The notes: generated from the letters alone by a model not told the origin. A stretch of 31,135 nt of DNA from an uncultured bacterium (GCA_964619725.1 CAZUFC010000044.1:12102-43236); one strand, 5' to 3'. Shown: positions 1 through 9,363, counted from the first letter of the stretch. Program-made: numbers and translations.

Positions 1-1127
1 GTCCGACAGGCCAAACCGGCGAAACAGGTCCGATGGGTCCTCAAGGCGATACGGGGGTCCAGGGACCGACTGGCCCGCAAGGCTTGCGAGGCGAAACCGG
101 CCCAGCGGGTCCCCAGGGTCTTCAGGGCGATACCGGTTTGACTGGCCCTGCGGGTCCGACAGGTCCGCAGGGACCCACTGGTCCGTCGGGATCGATAGGA
201 GGGACCGATAAGCAGTTTATTTTCAATGATGCCGGCGTTGCAGCGGGAACAGAAGTATATTATGACAAAATTTCCGATCAGGTCGGCGTGGGAACGGATA
301 ATCCCAACGAAACATTAACTTTGAACGGCGTTATGAGTCTACAGGAACTCACCGTTTCACCCTCCGAAACCGACGGATACGGTAAACTTTTCGTCAAACA
401 GGTCAGCGGCGTCGATTCTTTTACAAAACTGCTCCTCCACATGGAAGGCGCAAACGGTTCGACCTCTTTCGTCGATTCATCCGGTTCGGCTCATACCTTG
501 ACCGCGCACGGCGATGTTCACATCAGCACGATTTACAGCAGAATTGATGCGGGAAGCGGCGAGTTCGACGGAACGGGCGATTATCTGACGATACCTGCAC
601 ATAACGATTTCGTGTTCGGAGCTGGCGATTTCACCATAGAAGCCTGGATAAAAGCGGTGGACAACGGCGATTATCATGACAGGATAATATCCAACTGCAT
701 GGACGCCACAAGCGGAGGATGGCAATTTCTGTTAATGTCGGACAGCGGAAAACTCGGCTTCGGGAATAGTCCCGGCAGCTTGATTCAAGGCACAAGCAAT
801 GTTCGGGATGATGAATGGCATCACGTGGCTGTGGTAAGAAGCGGTTCGACTACCTTCTTGTTCGTGGACGGCATTGAGGAAGGCAATACATCGGATTCCA
901 CAAATTATAATCTGAACCAGGAGTTGTTGATCGGCGTATATTATGAGAGCCGAGATTCCAGCGGACATTTTGAGGGATTCATGAACGAACTGAGGGTTTC
1001 AAAAGGCATAGCCAGGTGGACGGGGAACTTTACGCCGCCCAGCGAACCCTACGGTCAGGGATCAGCCTTGTATTTCCGAAGCAGCTCGGGGACCGAATAC
1101 AAAGTGGAATTGACGCCGGTTCAGTAA
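1..1127 (+). CDS. Collagen-like (Gly-X-Y) repeat plus LamG/concanavalin-A-like domain surface protein; 5' end lies outside the window
   Basis: The frame is open upstream of ATG 33 ([11 protein letters not shown]), so the repeat runs off the left edge. About 21 complete G-X-Y triplets to nt 197, a VGVGTDNP motif, then LamG motifs [32 protein letters not shown]. Confidence 0.85.
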   Translation, partial: PTGQTGETGPMGPQGDTGVQGPTGPQGLRGETGPAGPQGLQGDTGLTGPAGPTGPQGPTGPSGSIGGTDKQFIFNDAGVAAGTEVYYDKISDQVGVGTDNPNETLTLNGVMSLQELTVSPSETDGYGKLFVKQVSGVDSFTKLLLHMEGANGSTSFVDSSGSAHTLTAHGDVHISTIYSRIDAGSGEFDGTGDYLTIPAHNDFVFGAGDFTIEAWIKAVDNGDYHDRIISNCMDATSGGWQFLLMSDSGKLGFGNSPGSLIQGTSNVRDDEWHHVAVVRSGSTTFLFVDGIEEGNTSDSTNYNLNQELLIGVYYESRDSSGHFEGFMNELRVSKGIARWTGNFTPPSEPYGQGSALYFRSSSGTEYKVELTPVQ

Positions 1128-1295
1128 AATCAGTAAAACCGGCTTGAAAGCAGCGATAGAGATGCTGTTCAAAAAAGCAGCCGACATCAATCCTGCGCCC
1201 GGTTCAGCCGCAATACGATCCTCACCGCTATGGTCGAGAATCTCAGTCCTCGGCAGAAGCGCTGAGAGAACTGATTTTCGTGGATGAATTGCAAT

Positions 1296-1316
1296 AAGAA
1301 CATTTTGTTCCGATTA
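1296..1316. promoter_or_regulatory. Candidate enhancer (UAS) for a sigma-54 activator
   Basis: AAGAAC-ATTTT-GTTCCG dyad. GTTCCGATTA recurs exactly at 9375-9384 upstream of the other candidate sigma-54 promoter. Overlaps an 8-bp inverted repeat TTCCGATT(1308-1315)/AATCGGAA(1326-1333). Confidence 0.35.
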
Positions 1317-1509
1317 GGCGCCTTCAATCGGAAGTAATACGACACGAAACTCTCTTCGGTCGGTGTTGCTGGTCGTATATTTTCGGCATGTTTTAAAATG
1401 CATAGACATTGAGGGAGATAATGGCGGCTCTTAGGCGGCCTGCATTCGGATTGATTCTCATTCGACAGCGTTACCCGTCAAAAGAAGATGGGGGTTTCTC
1501 TCGTTTCGC

Positions 1510-1525
1510 CGGCACGAAGTTTGAT
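1510..1525 (+). promoter_or_regulatory. Candidate sigma-54 (-24/-12) promoter
   Basis: CGGCACGAAGTTTGAT matches TGGCACG-N4-TTGC with correct GG-N10-G spacing, but has GA for GC at -12. It lies 70 nt upstream of ATG 1596. Confidence 0.5.
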
Positions 1526-1595
1526 CTGAATAGTTGGAAGGCTACCCCGAAACAGGCTTGATTGCGTCAATCGGTCGGACTCATGAGGGGGCGGA

Positions 1596-1841
1596 ATGAA
1601 AGAAAAGGATATACTTCGAGGATTGATAATTCCCTTTAAATACAAGGAGGATATGAGCATTTCATCCGTATCCGTTGCGACCGACAACGAAGAGGAATAC
1701 CGGATAAAAATGAAGCGCGGGGGACGACAGATGATCAAGCATGCAGGGCAATTCGTCAGGATAGAGGGCAAGGTGCGACGATTGAAGAAGGGAACTCCGA
1801 TTATTCAGGTGGAGGAATTCGAGATTTTGGAAAAACTGTGA
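1596..1841 (+). CDS. Small hypothetical protein (81 aa, beta-rich, possibly OB-fold-like)
   Basis: GAGGGGG RBS before the ATG; alternating hydrophobic strands (VRIEGKV, IIQVEEF); ends 13 nt from the convergent regulator stop. Confidence 0.7.
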   Translation: MKEKDILRGLIIPFKYKEDMSISSVSVATDNEEEYRIKMKRGGRQMIKHAGQFVRIEGKVRRLKKGTPIIQVEEFEILEKL

Positions 1842-1854
1842 TGAGGGGCCGGCA

Positions 1855-3279
1855 TTATTTACCGGCGTTTTTCTTGATTTTGTAGATTTCTTTTTTGATA
1901 TCGTATTTGGTGAGCAACTTGTGCAGACGTCTGGCGGTTATTCCGGCGGCCTGCGCCGTGGCGTCGATTCTACCGGCGTGAATCGTCAGTAATTCTTTCA
2001 GGTAATGCTGTTCCGCCTCTTCCACGGCTTTTTTTCTGATTTCATTTAGAGGTTTGGAAGTATCGACAGGAGTGAATTTTATTTTCGAGCCTGCAGAAGA
2101 CAATTCTGCAGGCAGGTTTTGAGGGTTGAGGGTATTTGATTTTTCGAGGATATAGGCTCTTTCCAGGATATTTTCGAATTCCCTGATATTTCCAGGCCAA
2201 TCATATTCAGTCAAGGCAGAAATCACTATCGGATGAGCTTCATAGATATTTTTGGAGTAAATTTTATTGAGTTGTTCGAGGTATCCGTTCAGGAGGATAG
2301 GGATATCTTCTTTGCGTTCGCGTAGCGGAGGGATTTCAATGGGGAATATATTGAGTCTGTAGTAGAGGTCTTTTCTGAAGGTATTTTTTTCGACGAGTTC
2401 GACGAGGTTTTCGTTGGTAGCGGCAATAATTCTTACGTCCGTCTGTAAAGGCGATTCGCCTCCTACTCTATAGAAGATTTTCTCCTGGAGGACCTGAAGG
2501 AGTTTGACCTGAACCGCTGGAGTGATTGAAGCGATTTCATCCAGGAAGACAGCGCCTCCTTTAGCGATTTCGAATTTTCCGAGTTTTTTTCTGACTGCGC
2601 CGGTAAAGGCCCCTCTTTCATGACCGAAGAGTTCGCTTTCAATGAGGGTATCGGGTATGGCGCCGCAGTGAACGTGAATGAAGGGTTTATTGGACCGGTT
2701 GCTGTGGAGATGAATGAGTTGCGCCATTATGCCTTTTCCGGTGCCTGTTTCGCCTGTCAGCAGAACGGTGGCTTTCGTTTGGGCGACGGATTTTATTTTA
2801 TCGAAAATTCGCTTCATCTTTTCATTGTTAGTGTGAAGGACTTGCAGCCATTCGCTTCTCCAGAAACGATCCCGAAGGTAATCCAGTTCTGATTTCATCT
2901 GGATGTTTTTCTCGACGGTTTTCATCACCATTTCGATATCGCTGGTATGTGCGGGATAAGTCAGGTAATTGGCCGCACCGGCTTTTACGGCTGATACAAG
3001 GTTTCGCATGTCGTCCTGCGAAGACATGACTATGATCTGCACTACGGGGAAAAGATCGAAAAAACTTTTGAATTGATGCCGGTATATGGATTCTGTCTGC
3101 TCAGTTTCCGAAGTCAGAAAAGCCGTATCAATGAAAACTACATCATGGCGTTTCTTCTTGAACAAGGGATGAACCAGTTCCGGATCATAGATTTCTTCAA
3201 CTTTATACTCCTTTGACGAGAATTTTTTTATTGTTTCCGCTGTTTGTTCGTCTTTGCCGGCGATTAATATTTTTTTCAT
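1855..3279 (-). CDS. Sigma-54-dependent transcriptional activator (NtrC family: receiver-AAA+-HTH) with atypical receiver
   Basis: GETGTGK Walker A, ESELFGHERGAFTGA, FLDEI, RIIAATN, FRKDLYYRLN, WPGNIRE and a C-terminal Fis-like HTH. Start taken at MKKILIA (3279), the usual receiver N-terminus. Confidence 0.95.
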   Translation of the reverse strand: MKKILIAGKDEQTAETIKKFSSKEYKVEEIYDPELVHPLFKKKRHDVVFIDTAFLTSETEQTESIYRHQFKSFFDLFPVVQIIVMSSQDDMRNLVSAVKAGAANYLTYPAHTSDIEMVMKTVEKNIQMKSELDYLRDRFWRSEWLQVLHTNNEKMKRIFDKIKSVAQTKATVLLTGETGTGKGIMAQLIHLHSNRSNKPFIHVHCGAIPDTLIESELFGHERGAFTGAVRKKLGKFEIAKGGAVFLDEIASITPAVQVKLLQVLQEKIFYRVGGESPLQTDVRIIAATNENLVELVEKNTFRKDLYYRLNIFPIEIPPLRERKEDIPILLNGYLEQLNKIYSKNIYEAHPIVISALTEYDWPGNIREFENILERAYILEKSNTLNPQNLPAELSSAGSKIKFTPVDTSKPLNEIRKKAVEEAEQHYLKELLTIHAGRIDATAQAAGITARRLHKLLTKYDIKKEIYKIKKNAGK

Positions 3280-3393
3280 CAGCAGATATTCCCAGGAAAG
3301 AATTTTCGGCGCTTCTAAAAGACAATAAATTTTTACTACCAACAGCCGGAAATTGTCAATCAGCTTGCAGGCCGCGCCGGATTACGGCTTTAT

Positions 3394-4458
3394 TTAAATT
3401 ATTTGTGCGCCTAAACCTGGTTTATCTGAGGGGTAGAGGAAGCCGTTTTTAAGTGAAACGGAGCCTGCTGCCGGGTCGTTGAGCAGGTCCAGGTGTCCGT
3501 CAAGATCAGCGTAGAAGACATTAGGGCGGGCCAGGGCGAAGTGGAGTCCTGCGGCAATGGCAAGCGCTGATTCGTCCATGCAGCCGACCATTGATTCCAG
3601 GCCTGCGGATTTGGCTACAGCGTTAATCTGAAGAGCCTCGAAGATGCCTCCCACTTTCATCAGTTTTATATTAACCATATCGACAATATCGCCTCTGGCA
3701 AGTCTGAAGGCATCTCTGAGGTTCATCAGGCTTTCGTCCGCCATAATGGGAACGGGGGCTTTTTCCGTTACGTTCCGGAGCGTTTCCGGTTTACCTTTCG
3801 GCGTGGGTTGTTCTATCAGCTCTAATCCTGCAGAGCGTGTATGTTTAATGAAGTGAAGAGCGGCTTCCTCTGAGTATCCCTGGTTGGCATCAAAGCGGAG
3901 CTCGATTTTCGGACCTGTGATCGCTCTGATTTGCAGCATTTTTTTTATATCTTGCTCAACATCGATGCCTCCTTTTATTTTAAGTGATGAAAAGCCCTGT
4001 TCCAGGAATGTTCTGACTGTCTGGAGAGTTTCTTTCAAAGGTAAAATTCCAATGGTGATGCTTGTTTTCATGCGTTTTCTGAAACCGCCCAGCAATTTAT
4101 AGAGCGGCAGACCGGCGAATTTGCCCAGTATATCATGGAGCGCCATATCGACCATTGCCATCGCTGACGGTCGGTCAGGCATATTTTTTTTCAATTCAGT
4201 CAAATGTCGTGCGATACGAAGAGGGTCTTTACCCCGCAAGGCGGGTATAATGATTTCATTGCATGCTTCCAGGACGCTCTGCGGTGTTTCTCGAGTAACA
4301 GCAGCATCGGGTGCAGCGCAGCCTGTTCCGGTTATATTTTCACTGGTTTTAATTACCAGAAATACATTGACGGTATGAGTGACCGTTTCATAGGAAATCT
4401 GGTAAGGCGAGCGAAGCGGCATATCGGCGATGAAAGTTTCAAGAGAGGTGATTTTCAC
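3394..4458 (-). CDS. Enolase-superfamily dipeptide epimerase (L-Ala-D/L-Glu epimerase / DgcA N-acetyl-Glu racemase-like)
   Basis: KIK catalytic motif, metal ligands DANQG, EQP and DES, second base in NIKLMK, C-terminal DLD motif. GTG start at 4458 follows a GAAAGGA RBS. Confidence 0.9.
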   Translation of the reverse strand: MKITSLETFIADMPLRSPYQISYETVTHTVNVFLVIKTSENITGTGCAAPDAAVTRETPQSVLEACNEIIIPALRGKDPLRIARHLTELKKNMPDRPSAMAMVDMALHDILGKFAGLPLYKLLGGFRKRMKTSITIGILPLKETLQTVRTFLEQGFSSLKIKGGIDVEQDIKKMLQIRAITGPKIELRFDANQGYSEEAALHFIKHTRSAGLELIEQPTPKGKPETLRNVTEKAPVPIMADESLMNLRDAFRLARGDIVDMVNIKLMKVGGIFEALQINAVAKSAGLESMVGCMDESALAIAAGLHFALARPNVFYADLDGHLDLLNDPAAGSVSLKNGFLYPSDKPGLGAQII

Positions 4459-4537
4459 TGATGTTCCTTTCTGCGGCAAGCAATGATGAAAGCGGGGCGG
4501 TTGCCGGTCGTTTCAAATATCCGAACCCTGGGGGTTG

Positions 4538-6931
4538 TCAGTAACGTTTCTGGTATATTTCATCCAGGGTTAGATTCTTGAGGTCTTCAACGAGAGAGAC
4601 GAGATGAGCGATCATTGTTTTCCAGATTTTGCGGCCTTTGCCGGCTGTGGCTCTGGTAGGATCGCCGATCACGCCGCTTTGTGAGAATTTCCGGGTATAG
4701 GAGTACCAAATGACGCCTCTTTTTGAAGTAAAATTGAGATAGCGGCTGGAGAACCTTGGAGTCAGTCTGGAGGCTTTGGACATTTGAACGAGTTCGGGTC
4801 TGACGGCGAGAGCTGCGCTGGTTTCAATTTCGCCGGCATGGATATCATTAGGCGTATCAGCGATCATTTGGACATCCACATCGCTGGTTTCTCCGGTATC
4901 GACGCAGACGAAGACGCCTGCATCCCTGTTTATCATCTGTGCTGCGAAGGTTACAGCAGGTATATTTCCGCCGTGACCATTGATGATGACGAGTTTTTTA
5001 ATGCCGTTCCGGGAGACGCTCATGCCGATTTCGTAGACCAGGTGAGCGAGAGTATCGTTTTTAATGCTGATGGTGCCTGCAAATTCGTCATGTTCATAGG
5101 AAACCCCGTAAGAGATCAGGGGAAGCGCTAAAGGTTTGGGGTCACTGCAGGCATCCGCGACGTGTTCTGCGAGGTATCGAGCGTCGAATGCATCGGTGTC
5201 GAGGGGAAGGTGCAGGCCGTGTTGTTCTATTGAGCCGATCGGCAGAATGGCGACATCGACGATTTTGAGTCTTTTTTCAATTTCCGGCCAGGTCAGTTCG
5301 GCCCAAATGTAGTCTTTACGGGTAATTTTTTTTTCGCAGTGTGAGGTTTTGACTTGTTTGGAGCTTTTGTCCGGGAGTTCGAAAGGGAAGTTCTTGGACA
5401 AATCCGGATCAAGGAAAAGATCGAAAGGGCGCCAGTGGCCGGCGATTTTTTTAAGAGCGCCGTCAGTATATTGGAGGCATATATCGTAAACGGGTTTTCG
5501 AATTTCAACCGGAATGCCGTTGATGGGAGAACGTTTGGAATCAAAGCGAAGATGCATAATTTCTGTGCAGGGTTTTAATGTTTTCTGTTCTGAGGCGTAG
5601 AATTCGACGGCTTTTTTTTGATGAAGCAGCCACTTGAGATGACTGATGCCTGGGGCTTCCTGATGAATGCCCTTTCGGGCGATATCTTCCAGGCATTGTT
5701 TTATCTGTTTTTCCGTATATCCGCAGTGTTGAGGGTCAGCGCCGAATGCGATGAGCATACCCACGATTCGCCGGCATTTTTCACATTTGCCGCAGGGTTT
5801 AACCAGCGGGCCTTCCTTGTGCGCGGCGTGGCACGAAACCTGGTGTTGCTGGAGAGCGGGGTACCTGACGGCGAGTATTTTTTCGATCAGCAGCTCGGAC
5901 AGCGGCCGGAGAATGGAAAACTGGCTGACTCCCCAACCTTTACGCAGAAAATACCTGGACAGAGCATTATCAAAAGAGCGGCTTTGGTCGAACAGTCCGT
6001 CATAATGATTGACCCCCCTGTAAGTCTTCATGACGGTAGTATCAAATTCGTCGCCGATAATCAGTTTTCCGATATTCCTTTTTTTCAGGAGCGGAAGAGC
6101 GCCGAAGAGAAAAACAGCGACGGTCCACAGGCGTATAGGATATTCATCAGCTCTGATGCTCGCATAATCTTTTCGTATAAAGGGCATACGCCGCAACATC
6201 CAGTTGAATATTCTGTCTGAATTGGTCCAGACCCTTGAAGTGTTCGGTTCATTGCTTTTGAAATACCGGTATGCGTTCAACGCCGTGAACCAGTGCCGGC
6301 CTGATTCATTGATAAATACAGGATGAACGTCGAAACCGTTTTCATTAAGCAGCGCGTAGCTTAATAGACTGTCTTTCCCGCCGCTTGACAGGACCGCAAG
6401 TTTTTCTGCATCAGCGGCCCATAATTTCCAGGGCACCCCTGAACCGGCAGAGTTTGAGGGAATGAATTCAAACTGCGTTTTAAGATAATTTTTTTCCTTT
6501 TCAAAGATCAGTCTGGAAGCTTCACCGGTGAGGAAAGGATTCTCCTCCATAAATTTTTTTATGTATATTTCTTTTGCCGTATTTTCCGCCATTTCACGTA
6601 TGAACTTTTGATCGGTTTCATCGTAGCTGCCGTGAAAGGTTAAAGAGCGACAAAAGAGTCCGTAATTGATTGAAACCTGTGCTGCGATCATTTCGGCCAG
6701 GTTCATGGATTCCCGGGAGGAGGGATCGAAAACATCCTCTTCAAATTTATAGATCAGTTCGACTTCTTCATTTTTATTTCCGTAAAGAAGTCTATAGGGG
6801 GCCGTCAGCTTATCGGGCTGCAGTTTTACAGGTCCTATTTCAAGCCGATCAAAGACACAGACATTTTGAAGAGAGGAAGGAGGAGAATTTTTTAAGGAGT
6901 CAGCGGTTTTTGTCAGTTTTTTTTGTTTCAT
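4538..6931 (-). CDS. Fusion protein: N-terminal PP-loop ATPase (QueC/MurL-like, Cys-rich) plus C-terminal creatininase-family amidohydrolase
   Basis: SSGGKDS PP-loop, SCH...CGKCEKC metal site; the last ~260 aa carry LTWPEI, GSIEQHGLHLPLDTD, NGHGGN and HAGEIETS. Start overlaps the upstream stop (ATGA). Confidence 0.85.
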   Translation of the reverse strand: MKQKKLTKTADSLKNSPPSSLQNVCVFDRLEIGPVKLQPDKLTAPYRLLYGNKNEEVELIYKFEEDVFDPSSRESMNLAEMIAAQVSINYGLFCRSLTFHGSYDETDQKFIREMAENTAKEIYIKKFMEENPFLTGEASRLIFEKEKNYLKTQFEFIPSNSAGSGVPWKLWAADAEKLAVLSSGGKDSLLSYALLNENGFDVHPVFINESGRHWFTALNAYRYFKSNEPNTSRVWTNSDRIFNWMLRRMPFIRKDYASIRADEYPIRLWTVAVFLFGALPLLKKRNIGKLIIGDEFDTTVMKTYRGVNHYDGLFDQSRSFDNALSRYFLRKGWGVSQFSILRPLSELLIEKILAVRYPALQQHQVSCHAAHKEGPLVKPCGKCEKCRRIVGMLIAFGADPQHCGYTEKQIKQCLEDIARKGIHQEAPGISHLKWLLHQKKAVEFYASEQKTLKPCTEIMHLRFDSKRSPINGIPVEIRKPVYDICLQYTDGALKKIAGHWRPFDLFLDPDLSKNFPFELPDKSSKQVKTSHCEKKITRKDYIWAELTWPEIEKRLKIVDVAILPIGSIEQHGLHLPLDTDAFDARYLAEHVADACSDPKPLALPLISYGVSYEHDEFAGTISIKNDTLAHLVYEIGMSVSRNGIKKLVIINGHGGNIPAVTFAAQMINRDAGVFVCVDTGETSDVDVQMIADTPNDIHAGEIETSAALAVRPELVQMSKASRLTPRFSSRYLNFTSKRGVIWYSYTRKFSQSGVIGDPTRATAGKGRKIWKTMIAHLVSLVEDLKNLTLDEIYQKRY

Positions 6932-8025
6932 GCGGCAATCTCCTTTTTATGGTTCTTCAGGTAGGATTCCAGGTGTGCAACGAGAGGTTCGACGCCTTGT
7001 ACCAGGATGTCCCAGACCGGCAGGCCTAGCGTTATGGAGATAGAGCGGCATAAAGCAGGAATTTCCGGGAGGGGGATATTTTCGTGATTAACGGTGACTG
7101 CAGCCGTCGGTTTACCGGAGAGCAATTCCAGGGCCTGCATCTGTTTCGGCAGGGGATGAATGGGATACCCGGGAAATCCGTCGTAATCTTTTCTGGCAGG
7201 GGCGTGCTGCAGGACTATGACGTCGGGGCGTCCGGCCGCCAGCAATTCAAATCCTCCGGGATAGGCGGGGTTCATAATGCTGCCCTGACCTTCGATAACT
7301 ATGACGTCCGGCCGGACTTCGTTCCACGCTTCCCATACGGCATGTTCTATTTCTCCTGATACGAAATCGTTGATCAGTGAGTCCAGTATGATGCAATACT
7401 GCGCTCCCTGCATCCAGGCAGTTTGCCCTGTCCCGACTAATACGCTTTTTATGTCCTTTTTGTTGAATCCCTCAACAATGCGCCATGCCGTGGTTCTTTT
7501 GCCTACCGCAGAATCGGTTCCCAGTACCGCTATCTTCAACGCTTTCACCCGTTCGATTTTTCCTGAGAAAAAATGCAGTTCTTTTGCCGGACGAGGTTTT
7601 CTGATGTCCCGTACGACAACGCCATATTCGCGGGCAAGACTCATGACCGCATCATTTTCAGTCAAAAAATCATGCAGTCCGCAATCAACGTTTAAACCGG
7701 CTCTTATGGCATGTTTAATATCACGCAGCGCTTCAGAAGAGAGTCTGCCGCCGTCCGGCGCCAGTCCTACGACCAGAAAATCGGCTGGAGCAGCGGTATC
7801 CCGGCAGCGGATTAAGGCTGCATCGATTGATGAGACGATGGGTATGCCGTTTGGATGGCCGTCTAAAAGGTATCCCGCATCCTGTCCCGAACAACAGGAA
7901 TCCACTACAGCACAAACGTTGTAACGGCGGGTAAAACGAACCAGACCGTGCGCCGTTTTGCCGTTAGCAGTATTGAAATATCCTTCGCAATATACTACCG
8001 CATTTCTTTCCGGAAACCTTTCCAT
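6928..8025 (-). CDS. DUF1611 family protein (DgcN D-glutamate N-acetyltransferase-like)
   Basis: GKTAHGLVR, GLHDFL, GTDSAVGKRTT, TGQT and EGQGS motifs typical of DUF1611; shares an operon with an enolase-family epimerase. TAATG coupling with the upstream gene. Confidence 0.9.
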   Translation of the reverse strand: MERFPERNAVVYCEGYFNTANGKTAHGLVRFTRRYNVCAVVDSCCSGQDAGYLLDGHPNGIPIVSSIDAALIRCRDTAAPADFLVVGLAPDGGRLSSEALRDIKHAIRAGLNVDCGLHDFLTENDAVMSLAREYGVVVRDIRKPRPAKELHFFSGKIERVKALKIAVLGTDSAVGKRTTAWRIVEGFNKKDIKSVLVGTGQTAWMQGAQYCIILDSLINDFVSGEIEHAVWEAWNEVRPDVIVIEGQGSIMNPAYPGGFELLAAGRPDVIVLQHAPARKDYDGFPGYPIHPLPKQMQALELLSGKPTAAVTVNHENIPLPEIPALCRSISITLGLPVWDILVQGVEPLVAHLESYLKNHKKEIAA

Positions 8026-9176
8026 TACATCCTCCCTGTTAAAATCGCCACATACCGGTCATTGGGCAGAGGTTCTTTTTCATGCCTTTTCATCAGCGCT
8101 ATTAATCCTGCTGTCGAAGCCGGCAATACGCTTAATCCTTCACGTTCACGTATCAGCTTGGCGCAATGCAGCATTTCTTTGTCCGATGCATCGAAAGCCC
8201 AGCCGCCGGATTGACGGATCGAGTTGAGAGCGGCTTCTCCGTCGAAGGAGTGACGGTTGATCAGGGGTTCATTTATTTTCGTTTCATGAATTCCAGTGGG
8301 ATTCAGATCAAGGCAATGCGGCAGGTTCTTCAGGTAGGCATTGATGATGGGATTTTTGCGGAAAGAGGACCCAGCAGATATCCTGGGCATACGCGAAGTC
8401 CTGCCCCGGCGGTAAAGACTTAAGAATCCCCTGTATATGCCCGCCAGAGTCGTGCCGTTCGATACGGGACAGCCCAGAGCATACGGAGCATCTCTTAATT
8501 CATCGTATATCTCGTACGCAATTTCTCCGTATGCGCGAAATTGCATGGAAGTGTTTTCGCCGCCTGGATTGGCGTCGTAATATTCATGCTCTTCAGCATA
8601 CTTACGCGAAGCCGCCACAGCATCCTCATAATCACCTGGAATGCGGAGAACTTCAGCTCCCAAATCTTCGATCTCCCTTATTCGCTTCGTATGATAGGTT
8701 TCAGGAAGATGAATGATGCACCTTATGCCTGCCAGATTAGCCGCCAGTGACAGCGCTGTACCGTAATTGCCGCAGGTGGCCGTCGTCAATCCGTCAAATC
8801 CCCGTCTTAATGCATCTCGCGCCTGAAAAAACGCTATACGGTCCTTCTGGGTTCCCGTAGGATTCCCGCCGTCAAATTTAAGATAAAGCTGACGCATCCC
8901 GATGGAACGCTCTAAATTACGCGCCCGCAACAATACCGTATCACCCACCTCTGAATCAATTATATCCTCATACGCTTCAAGTCTCTGCGTCAACGGATAA
9001 GCGGCATTTGAACATATCCTGCGCCGGTCGGAAACATCTTCTGAGAATTCCTTTATTTCTCCCACCGCTCCATCTACCAGAGTAAGAATATGTTCATTCC
9101 CCAATTCTGCAACAGATTCCGCCTGAGCTTCGCTTATCCCCTCAGTCGATTCGTTGCTTCCAACCATTTCATCCAT
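8025..9176 (-). CDS. Fold-type-II PLP-dependent enzyme (threonine synthase-like)
   Basis: GDTVLL, LYLKFDGGNPTGTQKDR (PLP lysine), TCGNYG, PVSNGTT, ASTAGL and ILTG. Start chosen at ATG 9176 after AAGGTGA. Confidence 0.88.
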   Translation of the reverse strand: MDEMVGSNESTEGISEAQAESVAELGNEHILTLVDGAVGEIKEFSEDVSDRRRICSNAAYPLTQRLEAYEDIIDSEVGDTVLLRARNLERSIGMRQLYLKFDGGNPTGTQKDRIAFFQARDALRRGFDGLTTATCGNYGTALSLAANLAGIRCIIHLPETYHTKRIREIEDLGAEVLRIPGDYEDAVAASRKYAEEHEYYDANPGGENTSMQFRAYGEIAYEIYDELRDAPYALGCPVSNGTTLAGIYRGFLSLYRRGRTSRMPRISAGSSFRKNPIINAYLKNLPHCLDLNPTGIHETKINEPLINRHSFDGEAALNSIRQSGGWAFDASDKEMLHCAKLIREREGLSVLPASTAGLIALMKRHEKEPLPNDRYVAILTGRM

Positions 9177-9285
9177 GATCTTCACCTTCAAGGCTGATTT
9201 TGACAACTTTAAGCCATGGTCCGCACACAAAATACCTGCATTAAATCAGGCGAAGGAGACTTCTTCCCACGGCCTCCCGAAAATA

Positions 9286-9301
9286 ATCAACTTTTATGCC
9301 A
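9286..9301 (-). promoter_or_regulatory. Candidate sigma-54 promoter for the PLP/DUF1611/fusion/epimerase operon
   Basis: Minus strand TGGCATAAAAGTTGAT: GG-N10-GA, the same -12 variant as at 1510; about 110 nt upstream of the first gene. Confidence 0.55.
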
Positions 9302-9363
9302 AACTGTAACTTACAGATATCAAAAGATTTGTCGGGATTGCCCGGGAAAACGGCCCGGTTTTT

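Noticed and set aside
1-1127. Prophage tail-fibre gene marking a prophage
   Set aside because: No other phage genes in the window; collagen/LamG proteins are also common cellular surface proteins.
1160-1295. Possible degenerate MITE starting GCTGTTCAAAAAA
   Set aside because: The matching right end is too decayed and similarity to the 24529 element is limited to a few short words.
9241-9270. 9-codon upstream ORF (GTG...TAA, minus strand) as a leader peptide
   Set aside because: GGAGG is only 2 nt from the GTG; no attenuator structure or informative codon run.
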